In this document: positions 1 to 12,513 of the stretch, one piece after another
How the letters are laid out: every line of letters starts with the position of its first letter
Numbering within the stretch: position 1 is the stretch's first letter
Assembly: GCA_910592345.1 (NCBI GenBank)
Contig: CAJVPI010000331.1
Location: forward strand, 1 to 34,990
Origin: Paraglomus brasilianum
Taxonomy: Eukaryota
Direction: 5' to 3'
DNA length: 34,990 nucleotides
The notes under the pieces: generated by a model
The model's input: the letters and a program-made list of their open reading frames with translations, nothing else
What the model was told of the DNA's origin: nothing
Databases searched by the model: none
Program-made: the position numbers and the translations under genes

Positions 1-690
1 GAGGAAACGAAGGTAGAACTTGCTGATACAGTGAGGAGGAGTCCGTTCAGCGTCGAAGACGTTGAAACGAAGATTACCAAAAATAATGACAAAAAGATCA
101 GTAAACCCGCACAAGCAGTGACAGCTGTGATTGAGGAAACGAAGGTAGAATTTGCTGATACAGTGACTCGGAGTCCGTTCAGTGTCGAAGACATTGAAAC
201 GAAGATTACTAAAAATAATGACAAAAAGATCAGTAAACCCGCTGTGATTGAGGAAACGAAGGTAGAGCTTGCTGATACAGAGACTTGGAGTCCGTTCAGC
301 GTCAAAGACGTTGAAACGAAGATTACTAAGAATAATGACAAAGAGATCAGTAAAACCGCACAAGCAGTGACAGCTGTGATTGAGGAAACGAAGGTAGAAC
401 TTGCTGATACAGTGAGGAGGAGTCCGTTCAGCGTCGAAGACGTTGAAACGAAGATTACCAAAAATAATGACAAAAAGATCAGTAAACCCGCACAAGCAGT
501 GACAGCTGTGATTGAGGAAACGAAGGTAGAACTTGCTGATACGGGGAGGAGTCCGTTCAGCGTCGAAGACGTTGAAACGAAGATTACCAAAAATAATGAC
601 AAAAATATCAGTAAAACCGCTGTGACTGAGGAAGTGAATGTAGAGCTTGAATTAAAAACTGATACGGCGACTCAGAGTCCGTTCAGCGAG
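1..690 (+). repeat. Coding tandem repeat A, ~132-bp (44-aa) unit, more than 5 copies
   Basis: Units start at 1, 133, 250, 382, 514, 628 (periods 132/117/132/132/114). Copies 1-132 and 382-513 are identical. Each unit contains SPFS. Confidence 0.95.
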
Positions 691-2630
691 ACAATAACTG
701 CATCTCAGGATTTGACTGAAAATGAATTTGTTGACGATTTTACCATTATTGATAGCAAAGAAGAGCTTAGCAATAAGGTTGAAAGTGGGTTTGACGATCA
801 GTTTGAACTACTAATGCAGTCGGTCACGCTTGACAGTCAAGAAAAGATAGATGTCGTTAGACCTGTAGAGACCGTTAGCAGGATCGTTGAAGATCAAGAG
901 CAGGAGGATGTGCTCAAAAGTGAATTTCTTTCTCAGTTGCATGCGGCAATACAAACGAGGCCAGTTGATGTGATTGGTGAAGTTGAAGAACGTGAGGTAA
1001 AGGAAGTAAGAAATAATAAACGTGAGGAATTACTCGAGAAAAAGGTTAATGTGATTGACGCAAAAGAGGAAGCAACGATACCAGTCGATGTGATTGGTGA
1101 AGTTGAAGAACGTGAGGTAAAGGAAGTAAGAAATAATAAACGTGAGGAATTACTCGAGAAAAAGGTTTATGTGACGGAAACAAAAGTGAAAACAAAAGAG
1201 GAAGAAGCGATACGAACGATACCAGTCAATGTGATTGGTGAAATTGAAGAACGTGACTTAAAAGAAGTAAGAAATAATAAACGTGAGGAATTACTCGAGA
1301 AAAAGGTTTATGGGACGGAAGCAAAAGTGGAAGCAAAAGGGGAAGCAATGATACCAGTCGATGTGATTGATGAAGTTGAAGAACGTAAGGTAAAGGAAGT
1401 AAGAAATAATAAACGTGAGGAATTACTCGAGAAAGATATTTATGTGATGGAAGCAAAAGAGGAAGCAATGATACGAACGAGTACAGTTGACGTGACGTAT
1501 GAGGCAGAGGATGGAAATGTATCAAAAGTAGCAGAGGTAAAACAAGAGGATGAAGCACACCATAATAAAGAATTACATGAGAATAAGGAAGTGCTGGAAA
1601 CGAATTCAAGAGAAGATGGGGTGGCTATAATAACCCAGACAGCAAGAGTTGAAGTGGCTGGTGAGAGAGAATATTTTGGAGATAATTCAGTAATAGCAAA
1701 GAATCATGATAAAGACAAAGAATACGAAGGACTGGATGGAAAGAGGAAAGTAGAGAAAACGGAAGAGCATTCAACCCATCAAGGGGATTCTATCCTGAAG
1801 TGGTCTGACAATTGGAATACAAGAGCAGTCGTGAATATTGAAGCGCAAGAGTTTCAATCGAAAGACAAGACTGTCGATCAAGGAAGGTCTACAGAGGAAA
1901 TGCACAATTCGGCAGCAATAACAGAGAATTCCAGTAAAACCGAAGAATGTGAGGAACATACCGTCTTGAATCTCGAAGCACATGTGTTTCAATCGAAAGA
2001 CGAGAACGTCGAAGCGAACGAGAAAATGCATATAGATTATAGCAAAGATGAAGAGATGATGGAAGAAGAAGACGAAAAGGAAGACGAAAAGGAAGACGAA
2101 AAGGAAGACGAAGAACAGGAAGAACAAGAAGAAACCCCGATGACAGATCATGATGACGGTAATAATTGCGTATAATTCTATCTATAACGCTTTTAGTGTA
2201 TTGATAAATCTGTGTCTCTACTGTCTTACTATCTAGATCTGGCCATCCGATTGTTTCAAAGAAGGCCACAGACTTTACTTGATCCAACATCATTTACTCC
2301 GGCGTCTATGGCGGCAGACGTTTTTCAATCGATGTTTAACCCTGGATTCAACAACAATGTGATTCGATTCATTAACATTATATTCCTGATACAGTTTGCC
2401 GTCTTTGCATTTATGGCTATTATATCCCAGCATCCAACCGTATATTTGTTGATAATGCTGTCATTTATGTTGTTTATTACGTTGCATGTGTAAGTACTTT
2501 GAAGTGATCGTCTGCATTATTGTCAATCACTTGGTTAGCTGATGAATTTTGAACGTTCTTATACAGATTCGTTGCAGTAGTAGCAAAAATGCAAGCAGAA
2601 GAAGCTACCGTGAAGATGAAAGAGGAATGA
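1..2630 (+). CDS. Large acidic tandem-repeat protein (5' end outside window) with a C-terminal Pkr1-like two-TM domain; exons <1-2158, 2237-2489, 2567-2630
   Basis: Frame is open from base 1. GT-AG introns 2159-2236 (G|gtaata...atctag|AT) and 2490-2566 (gtaagt...atacag) keep frame, giving 825 codons in the window. The C-terminus FQSMFNPGFNNNVIRFINIIF...HPTVYLLIMLSFMLFITLHVFV resembles Pkr1 (SIFTPG, two TMs, conserved H). A separate short gene from ATG 2308 is an alternative. Confidence 0.6.
961..1480 (+). repeat. Coding tandem repeat B, 120-141-bp unit, 4 copies
   Basis: PV(D/N)VI(G/D)E(V/I)EER...KEVRNNKREELLEK units start at 961, 1081, 1222, 1354. Confidence 0.95.
2068..2112 (+). repeat. 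12-bp coding minisatellite (GAAGACGAAAAG, EDEK) x3.75
   Basis: Seen directly. Confidence 0.9.
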
Positions 2631-2997
2631 AATTGAGGGCTGTAATGATTCTAGGACCATTAATATCGCTGTTAATAATACTAATTTGCGTCACAAATGA
2701 CATCATACTGAATTAATACGAGAGCTGTCAATGGGCGTGCTTTAACAAAACCATTCTGTTAGAGTTTCAGTTTCATTAGCTGAACCTATACGATTCGGGA
2801 ACTAAACGAAATTTCACTCTCACTGACAACCTTTTCTCAAAATTAGCACTTATATCAAATTTGTAAATTGCATTGCTGATTGATATTGCATTATAATAAA
2901 CTTTGAGTATTTATGCTTTCACCGTTATCTGCAATAATTTGAATAACCTAAAAATCCCGCTGTTAAGACTATACGTTTTATTATTATCATCGAATCC

Positions 2998-3480
2998 CAA
3001 CGAATAATATAACGAGGAATCCGGTATAACGAGATACTCTACGAAATCATGCCTAAAGCCAAGCAATATTCGTTATCATGAGATGTAAATAATGATAATA
3101 TCTTTGCTCGATTTACAAACAACCAATAAAATGTAATAGCTATAATTTATTAATACGCTCAGTAAAAAATGAATTTATTCAGATTCGTTTTTGCTTTCTC
3201 TTCAATGCACGAAAGGCTTTATAATTTATTGTTGAAGAAAGTTGAACATTTCGTCATCTATTACCATTTCCTTACTTCTGTCTCTGTTATAGAGTATTTG
3301 CTGCAACAATTGTCAATGAATGCAAAGTTCTTTTGAGTCGGTTGACAGTATTGCCTTCCTTTAACGTCATTAATCACCATTTGATCCGTTCTGGAATTTC
3401 AGCATTCGTAATAGAGTCTTATCTCCTTCGACATAAGTTGAGAAATTTACTATCAACATGCCATTAGGTTGGCCCATCGT
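2998..3480 (-). mobile_element. Possible decayed pogo/Tigger-like DNA transposon 3' end
   Basis: Repeated TATAACGAG motifs near 3018-3033. A broken minus-strand frame ends ...ALKRKQKRI*INSFF, like the KQxxIxxFF tail of pogo-type transposases. Highly degenerate. Confidence 0.3.
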
Positions 3481-3520
3481 ATTATATGACCGAACATCTC
3501 GGTCTGCGTTTTGTTATGTA

Positions 3521-4664
3521 CAGTGTGTTAATATTAAGAAAAAACGGCGGTTAATAAAAGATGCGTTTTTTTTGTAACACATAAAGAATACCTTTCGTAC
3601 TGTTGAGCGTAATCTCAAGAACAGGTACCGTAACGGACGTAAACCAAGGTTACACAAACATATTAATATCTCGCGTTATACCGTACGAGCCAAATTAACA
3701 AAGGTCTCAGTTTCGACCCATCCCATTCTTTCTGAATTATCTCACGAAAAGAATCTTTGGTGATTGCTTTTTTTTTACTAACAGTTTGTTGACTTGTTTC
3801 TCTACACGATTCTTTAAAATTGCCCATAAATTTTCGATTGGGTTAATATCTGGACTATTAGACGGCCAATCCATAATTTTTGGGCATCGCTGCATGAGGA
3901 GTTCCATGGTTTCCTTAACTTTATGCTTCGGATCATTATCTTGTTAGAATATCCAATTGTTTCCCATAACAGCATTGCGATAAAGAGGTCCATAACATCT
4001 GTGAAAAGAAAAAAGCCAACAGGACCTTTTACTGAGAAGGCTTCCCCACGCGTGAACTGTATAGGGGTGTCTTACCATGGCCTTACTTGGAGGCTGAGTG
4101 TCATTTTTGTAAAATAATTTTTGAGTATTTCGAAACATCTGGAACGTAGTTTCATCAGAAAATATGACCTTGTTCCAATTTTGTTTCTTGTATTTTATGG
4201 CAAATGCCACTCGATGTTGTTTATGAGTGGCTGTAAGAAGAGGAATGGATTTTGGAACTGTGGCGTGATAATGTAGCTCATTGAGTACTGTCCGACTACT
4301 AACATTAAAGTATTCGCGAGTTCAGTGCTCGTAGAGTATTTGTTTGCTGAGACAAGCTGGCCGAGATGCCGACGCCTGCCGGATGGAGCAGAGGGTTTAA
4401 AGTATTATTTTTAAGTTTTTTGACATATTTGTATACGAATAGAAGTTAATTTGTGCATAATGTCAGCATCACGCGTGCCAGCCTCCCACAAAGAGTTATT
4501 GTTGATTAAGCGAAGGTTGGTCATTGTGAATGTAAAGTTAGTAAACTTGTAACAAAAATCAAACCAAAATGCAGTCGCGTTATCTAACAGGCTTTGTTAA
4601 CAGCTTTTTTTTAACTGATTGAATATTATGATGCATTTTATTCCCATTACTTTTTCGTGCACTG
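3521..4664 (-). mobile_element. Defective Tc1/mariner (IS630-Tc1) transposon with frameshifted DDE transposase
   Basis: Minus-strand fragments NWNKVIFSDETTF, VHAWG, QDNDPKH, DWPSNSPDINPIENLWAILK. The element is bounded by TA|CAGTG (3519-3525) and CACTG|TA (4660-4666). Several frameshifts and stops. Confidence 0.85.
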
Positions 4665-5807
4665 TAGAAGAGGTTTTGGGCTTAAATGTCTTTTTGTAAT
4701 AACGTAATGCCCTGAAGCGTATTATATTCATTATCCCTGTCCAGTAATTTAAGTTTTGCGTCATGTGACAGGATAAAATTGAGTATTGGGATTGGTTAGA
4801 CATGTGCGGGGAAAAAAAAAAAAGACGGTTCGCCACTTCTTACTCAAGAACTGCTTTTTCATAGTTAAGATTCCGATTGAGACAATAAACCTCTCACTTT
4901 ACAATTTATTCTGTCATGATATTTTGACTTGTCTTTTAACAGTTATTTTTTCAATATTCTCAACAAATGTTATACAATGCATGCTCCTTAGATCCCTAAC
5001 TATGGTGTATGATGCACCAGCCCATTAGTTAGGCTTGAGTCATTAGCGTGCAAGATAAAACGAGTATTCTTCTGTCGAGTTATTCTATGGAAGTGGATCT
5101 CTACTTACTGCCGCACGCATTAGTCAAGAAGAGGAATTTCTGGCAGTCTATTCACGACTTCACAGAACAGTGTGTCCATCTTGTTTGTCGGCGGCTGAAT
5201 ACATACATGCCCGAGAAATGATTTTAGTTGTCCCATGAAAGTTGCGTAAAGCCAGCGAGCAGACATCAAATTCCGCTCATAGGCATTACCATTAAGCTAT
5301 ACAATTTAGACGACGCCTGTACATGTGGGATTTAGCAAGTCTGTCTATTAATATGTATATAGCATTACGATAAATGAATCTTCCTCTATTAGAATTGCGT
5401 TGTTGTTTCACTCATAATTCCGGGTTATTATAGTTCTTGATAGATAGTCCTTGATACAACAACTCCTCATGCAGAATCGATGAATCATTTATTGTTCGCA
5501 GCGTACGTCTAAGACAGTTATCATTGATTGTATACTACTGCGGCAATAAACATTATTGCCTCGGATGTTCGCTGAATTGTGAAACATGTTGATTTAGTCG
5601 CGCGAAATTAAAATAAAGGACAAAAAATTGCTATTTTGGACTGTTTCTATGTCAGGTGATGTGCAGCTACTATGATCCAATCGCTCCAATCACATGTATT
5701 AGTATGGGATCACACATAATACATCCATGAAAATTTTTCGATCGCGCGTTTTCGCTTTAGATTTAACGAAATATCTAACGACCTCATAAAATTTCGAGAA
5801 AAAGAAA

Positions 5808-6299
5808 ATGCTAAATTCGTTTACCCGTACCGTTCGTGCTCGACAGTCGACGTTTTCCTTACTCCGTTCAGCATTTCCTTCTCCCATTGTCCAGTTTGCC
5901 CGTGATTACACCGTCTACTTTGGAAACCTATCCTTCGATGCGTCAGAACACGATCTCAAAACCCTTGTTGGTCGATTTGATGAGAACGTGACGATACGAG
6001 TACCAAGGGATCGATTGGGCCGAACGAAAGGGTTTGGCTTTGCGGAGTTTTCGCAGGAAGATCAGGCCAATCAAGTGATAGGCGAATTAAATGGAATGAA
6101 TTTTATGGGTCGAGAACTGAAAGTTAGCCGGGCTACGGAGAGGTCGAACACGCCGAGGGATGGTGAGTATTTTTAGAGGACATGGTTCTGTGGGCACTGT
6201 TGATAGAACGTGTTTGTGTTCAGCGGATTATTGCGATGAAGATAGTTACAATCATTCATTCCCCTCTCGCTTTTTATGTAATTAGGCGGTAGATTCTAA
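5808..6299 (+). CDS. Small single-RRM RNA-binding protein with putative mitochondrial presequence; exons 5808-6162, 6286-6299 (122 aa)
   Basis: RNP2 VYFGNL and RNP1 KGFGFAEF. The first ~32 aa are R/S/T/F-rich with no acidic residues. Donor G|gtgagt at 6163; acceptor attag at 6285 (alternative ttcag at 6223). Confidence 0.8.
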
Positions 6300-6673
6300 G
6301 ATGTCCACCTGAACACTTGACATATACGTGTGACTGGAAATTACAAGAGACTGCAAGTGTCGAGTTTTCGCTTCATATGTAAATTGTATAGGATTTATTC
6401 GTGCTGAAGTATTGACACTATCCATTTGAATCAATTTCATTTGATATGTAAGGTGAAACTATTAAAAACGTGTTGATGAATGATTGCAAATGATTATCGT
6501 ATAGTGTGATAAGATTGTCGTCTGTATATAAGTTACGTGGGTTATTAAGCTGTTTTAGCTGACTGTCTATGCTCTCTACTGCCAAAAATATGGTATGTTA
6601 ATATTAAAGCAACAACAGCAATAAGTAGAAAGTACACATAATCTATAATATATAGTAAAGTAAACGCAATTCT

Positions 6674-9600
6674 CTAAACATTGGATATTGTACTGGATAT
6701 GTCATCTACTTCGTCCGGCTCGTCAATAGACTAGTAAGGCGTAAATATGATGCGCATGAGTAATAATCAGTTTACTTGAATGAACATCCCAGAGCCCTGA
6801 ATGCTACTTACAATAATGTAATCTCTAATAATCCTTGCCTTCTCCTCGTCCCAGTAAGTCCACATGCGTCGATATATAATCGACCAGACATATGGGCAAA
6901 AAAACTCGTGAGAATCCGAACCTTCACTGTATTTGAACTTTAAATCAGGAGAATCTTTCAGTCTCCCAGGTGGCCATGTTCTTGTAGCAGTCTGTATTAT
7001 CTCTGTTACTTCTTCTGTTGATGGAGCACGTAAGTTTGCCTCAGCTATACGTATGTGGAAGTAAGATATAACCTGCATTTATAGTGATTAACGTAATAAT
7101 ATGAGTAATGATGCCCGCGTTCCGAATCGCGTATTCGTAGAATCCCTAATTTCATGCCTACTCACATTATCAATATTATCGATTAATTCGGAAAATCTCT
7201 TATACTTTTGGAATCGTAGGAACATATCCTTTTTATGGAGAAGCGAATAAATAAGTTGTGGGTTTTGTGCTAACCGTCGTGTGAGAATCGAATTTATGAT
7301 CTCAAGGATCAAGCAAACTAAGTCGCTGTATATTATATAGTCAACCGGCTATAAGAGGAGAGAAGAGGTTATTATGTCATATCATGAAAATTTGTAAATA
7401 TTGTTGATGGAAAAATTACGTACGTTGTCATCATTGTCCGCTTCTTGTGCTCTAGTTCGTAGCTTTTGATATTTTTTGGTTACTATGTCAAATAAGCTAA
7501 TGAAGTAATGACAATTAGTTATATTTCAAGTAGTCAACGTTTCTTAGTTACAAACTCACTTGACAATTCTCTGGGCTACATAAGGTTGGATATCGGTAAC
7601 AGTACTTGCTATGTTTGCAAGTATGGCTATGCAGTGAGTATGTATATATACGTCCTATAGAGAAAACTTGGTTAACTTCAGTCACATAATATCATAGGCT
7701 TAGACTCGTGACTCACCCGATGAGAAGTAAGGTTGAGTTGAATCATCCGTATTAACACAAGGTAAACCAATCCTCCAAGCGATATTTGCTTCAACAGTCT
7801 CTCTGTAAGCCATGACTGATACGGTATTTGCTGTTGACACAAAACCTACGATTAAGGAAAGATATTATGGTTTCATTTGTAATATAAATTGTTCCTTATC
7901 ATTTCATTATTAAGGATACTACTTTCTGAATGTTTTCATTAAACACATTGTCCTCACTAAAAATAAGCAAAATAGCTAGAAGAATATAGATTTGGGGATA
8001 ATTGGGTTTTCCCTCGATCGCTTCGTAGAGTAGACGGAGTATTGGTAGCAGCTAATGAATGATTGCAAGAAAAAAGATTATAAGTTTCTGCAAAAATCGG
8101 TTCAACATAATACACAGCCCATTGATTAAAGCAATAAAACATACGAATATTTCAGGATCAGAACGGGATAAAACGTATGCTTTGAATTCGTTGTTTTCAA
8201 TCATTAATAAATAAAACAAGAGACATATCTCTTCTGACGGTAGTTGCCTAACAATTTATAGGAAAGCTCATTAGCAATGCATATTTTCTATAAGTTTTTC
8301 AATGCGGCCCACTTACTGGTAAATCACTCGATATAGCAATCGAAATGATATCACACTGCTTTGGTCTTTGGAACCTAGAATAGTCGCACGGTTATTAACA
8401 TCTCAAGCTTAATTATTCAATGTTTTACCAAAATTCCCATGTTCATTACCTAGTTCGTCCTTCAGTTTTGCTATGGCATTCCTAAACTCATTGCCACCCT
8501 TACCACAAAATTCACCCGGTTGTACAGCAAGGAGTAATAAAAGAATAAAACTTCTTTCCGGTACAGGGTGTGGATCTAACGATAATGCGGTGGGTGATTT
8601 GGACGAAAACAAGTAAGAGTACGCATTGTATACAACGTCTACATTATAAAAAGAAATTAGTACAAAAACATTTATCATAGACAAGGCATCAGTGTATATG
8701 TAATGAATCTTACTTGTCGATACAGGCGGCATTGACTTCTGCTCAATCAAATTGGTCACTAAGCGGTTGGTTAAGTCGTTGATAAGATGACTGGTTGATT
8801 TGGTTTTTCACTTTTTTTTTAGTCATGAAACACCGTCCCCCCATGAAAACATAATGTAAGTAGTATCACTGTGTTGAAGTGTATGCAGTAGCAACCCACC
8901 TAAACTTGGAGAATAAGATAGCGAGAAAATAGTTGTCGCCACGTGATGCTGATAATTGATGCAACTGGGTTGATACGAGAATCATGAAGGTATTCAGACA
9001 TTCTTGGTAGTATTCATAAGCCGTTGCACTCGCACTGGTAAAGAGACGCGAATTTATATCAGTTCATCAATATATTAGTATTACTTATATAGGAAAAAAA
9101 AATTGACAAAAGCACAAAAAAGTAAATAAATAAAAAGTCGATTCCGTACACTGGATCCAAGCGTAAAATGACGGAAATCAAGGCATCTATTAATTGCTCA
9201 GCCATAGAACGCAAATCATGAAGAATTCTTGGATCAATTGAGAACTTGTTGATATCTTGCTCAAACGACGAGTCAAGTCCATCCTCAAAAGACTCAAAGC
9301 CGCCAGCATTGTGACGCGCTATTTGTTTATAGAAATTAAAGATTTAATAAAGCAGGCGTGATCCGAATCAAGCTACTAAAAACATTGAATTCAATCTACC
9401 TTCGAAATGGCTGTGGATTTCATCACCGGTCAAACTGCAAATAAACTGCTTGACGAATATATGCACCAAGAAGAGTGAATTGTATGCTTCTACGGGAACC
9501 TCTCTACGAATAATTCGGTTACCGCGTAAATCGTTTATAAAATATGACTATTAATCCAACAAAATGCGAAAGTTTTACCCCGTGAAATCCTGATTCAATA

Positions 9601-10429
9601 AACGATATATCTGATTCAACATGTGTTGAAGAAGCGCGTTAAAGTTCTTCGTCTTCCTGTTGTTGGATACTACGAATAGCATATTAATGAGAAAGTCGTT
9701 TATGATTAGTAGATGCTCGCACATCCCTGCGATCTTACAAAGATATAGCTCAACTTACCCAATTCGATAGCCAAGCTCACAGTGGCCATGTCAATGTCAA
9801 AGGCATCTTGTCTAAACAAAAAGGTTTTTTGACCAGTTAGCATATTTAATAAATAATTCAGGCATACCGGTAACATTCCTCCAAACATTTCTCTTTCTGC
9901 ATACTCACCCAGGATCGATCACGGGAAACTTCTGCCCACAAAGAATAGATTCCCAAGTCTCGTTGTCGTCAAAAGCTATAGGTTTATCCGAACAAAAATG
10001 TTTCAAAGATCGGTATTGTTCCGATGTAAATACTGTAATTTCCGTCAGAGATTTATGCTGAACGATTGAAGTTGGAATGGCCAGCTGTGTTGTAGATCCT
10101 GACGCACGACGGCTGCTTGAGGGGGATGTGGTATTCAAACCATATGGACTTAGAAATGGATGCAATCCTGCAGTTGCTGGTGAAGTTATACTAGGTTGTG
10201 GAAAGAGAAGTGTGGAATGATCAGTGTCCTTTGTTGCAAGTTCAAGAGGGAGAGGAACTTTGCGGTTGAGTAAAGAAGGCGTTTGAGTATGAGAGAGAGT
10301 AGGGCCTTTGAGAGTTGAGGTTGAGGCTGATGTAGGTGGACTTGTGACTTGGTAAGTGGCATGAGTCGGGATCTTGTATAGTTGTGGCGGACGAGCTATT
10401 GGTTTCGAGTCTCCTGTCGTTGAAGACAT
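6674..10429 (-). CDS. DYM: Dymeclin (Dyggve-Melchior-Clausen protein family), 17 exons
   Basis: Spliced frame contains family motifs YVLSRSDPE, ISLGGLVYLVLIRMIQLN, DVYIHTHCIAILAN, LILEIINSIL...NPQLIYSLL and LKFKYSE...EFFCPYVWSIIY. All 16 introns are GT-AG with frame preserved. Low-complexity S/T/P N-terminal extension. Confidence 0.92.
7831..7919 (-). other. U12-type (minor spliceosome) GT-AG intron in dymeclin
   Basis: 5' site GTATCCTTA at 7919; branch TTTCCTTAAT at 7860-7851; CAG acceptor at 7831. Splicing joins NENIQKV|QIPYQSWLTER in frame. Confidence 0.85.
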
Positions 10430-11268
10430 AGGGAATCAAGGTTGGCATGAACCAGCGTAAGTGCAATAAGTTTAATGAGTGGTGAATTTGGATAATAATG
10501 CGGTATACAATACGTGATACGCTCGGTGTCAAGATACGAAGCCGTCAAACCAAGTTGATATGTGTTATTTGGAGAATGGACTGGTCACAAAGTGCCATGT
10601 GGTACAATTAACGTTACAAGATCACCATTACTATTTATAGGATTAGACATTGGCAATCGATGTACGTATTCGTCAAAGAATTAGATTAGTGTCAATTCGA
10701 TCGAAGCAAGCAATTAACTAACACGTCTATTCTTTGTCTTTGATTCTGTCAGTCAATCGTTCGCGCTCAAAAGAATTCAGCACACGACAAGTAGTTATAC
10801 GGGCCAAACGGTTGATACTAATAATAACGATGGGGGACTAGCTGCAACTAGTGAACATAATAAATTGTTGAACGCCGTATAAATTAAAATGGGCAACATT
10901 AAGCATAAATAGTAGCTTATGTTAGTCTTTTATGTTAGTATTAAGTCTTATCTGAATTGCTTAGCTGTGCTTGTTATTGTTTAAATCGCCAATAGTAATA
11001 ATAGCGATAGGCCTTCTGTAATAATAAACATGGAATTTAACATGAAAAGCAAAAGTTATCACTAGTACTAGAGGCTTATTTTCCAGGTAATAATTAATAT
11101 AATTATGCGTTACAAAAATTGTTATATTACAAAACACCAGAACATAACTTTTAAATTTATTTAAATCGCAGGCTTGGGATAATAACAATAATTTCTTCTT
11201 AAAAGAACTGAGTATTTGTGGAGATGCGATTTTCTTTTCGAATAACAATTAGTTAGCAAACCATATTA

Positions 11269-11398
11269 AATGTCACGGCTGATGCTGGAATCCGGCTGAA
11301 GCTAAAACCATGACTTTTCATTGGTTGATCAGATTTTATTCTCTAATACCATTGGTTAGTTTCAGCTTCAGCTGGATTTCAACTTCAGCTCTCACATT
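11269..11398. repeat. Imperfect ~40-bp inverted repeat / palindromic MITE-like element
   Basis: GGCTGATGCTGGAATCCGGCTGAAGCTAAAACCA (11277-11310) versus the reverse complement of 11357-11390, AGCTGAAGTTGAAATCCAGCTGAAGCTGAAACTA. Confidence 0.75.
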
Positions 11399-12209
11399 AA
11401 TTAATAATATTTTTTAAAATTTAAACATGGTTGATATTATTATTATATTCTTTAATAACTTCTATTCTATGATTTGTAATATTTGGCGAAATAACATTCC
11501 ACATAGCAATAGTATGACGAGTAATAACCTCTGCTCGTACTCAAAAGTCTTGAGACTATTGATAATACTGTAATCCGCCAAGTCTTGGGTTGTTCATACC
11601 ATATAAATATGTATTGATTTTAAGGAGTTCTATTATATAATTATTCCAGATTTAATCACACGGATAAAATTTGTAAATTAACTTTTTTCGACAAATTTAT
11701 ACAACATTCCGACTCTTGTTAATGACTAAACAAAAAAAGCCCGTTGTACTTCGAGGCGATGCAGATGCTCGCCCAGTTCTCGTCATTTCTGGGCTTAATA
11801 CTATGATATTAAGAGCGCTTATTATTATCCTACAAGCTGGCTAAGCTGTTAGTCTTCAATAATATTACATTTTATATAGCTGGTTTGTGTTTATATCAGC
11901 GTTTTATATAATGTTCTTCGGTAGTCTTACTCTTAGATGCTTTTTTGCATGCGCACACATTTTAAGATTTAAATTATTGTCAGGCGCTAATAAAGAGCTA
12001 CGAAACGTTTTATATTACCGCAGCACCAAATTATATGAACCCAATCGTTTCTTGAAAAACCTTCTTCACTTTAACAACGACGCTTTGGATGGATAATAAT
12101 ATTTGGACTTTACTTCATTACTATGTCTGATACAGTCAATTATGAGTATTAGTATTGGTATGCCCCAGCACGAATAGTTTAACACTGAGAATAATAGGAA
12201 TAATAACGA

Positions 12210-12280
12210 TAATAGTAATAGTAATAGTAGTAGTAATAGTAATAGTAGTAATAATAGTAATAGTAGTAGTAGTAGTAATA
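12210..12280. repeat. (TAA/TAG)n compound trinucleotide microsatellite upstream of LSM14
   Basis: About 23 mixed TAA/TAG units; explains the spurious poly-Tyr ORF. Confidence 0.95.
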
Positions 12281-12513
12281 CATTGTTACCGGAACCCCAA
12301 GCGCGGGCCTTGTTGACGGACCAATATACTGGTTATTTTGTGACGTCATGTTCGCTGGTTTTTTGCAAGCATCATATAAATTAATTCTTCTTTGTGCTTC
12401 TACCAGAGAGTCTAATAACGTTCGGCATTCTTTCACAAGACCTGAAGTTGTCTACCAGTTCTTTTCTTACCATTTCTGGCGCAACGTAGAGGTTATAGTT
12501 CTTGGTGACAGCC

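Noticed and set aside
1..1480. CRISPR-like regular repeats
   Set aside because: Repeats are contiguous in-frame coding units without unique spacers, in a eukaryotic context.
1226..2293. Minus-strand ORFs of 126-134 aa
   Set aside because: Shadow ORFs antisense to the repetitive acidic CDS.
5100..5145. U1-like TACTTAC followed by Sm-like AATTTCTGG
   Set aside because: Spacing far too short and no U1 stem-loops.
12179..12436. Poly-tyrosine ORF
   Set aside because: Antisense reading of the TAA/TAG microsatellite.
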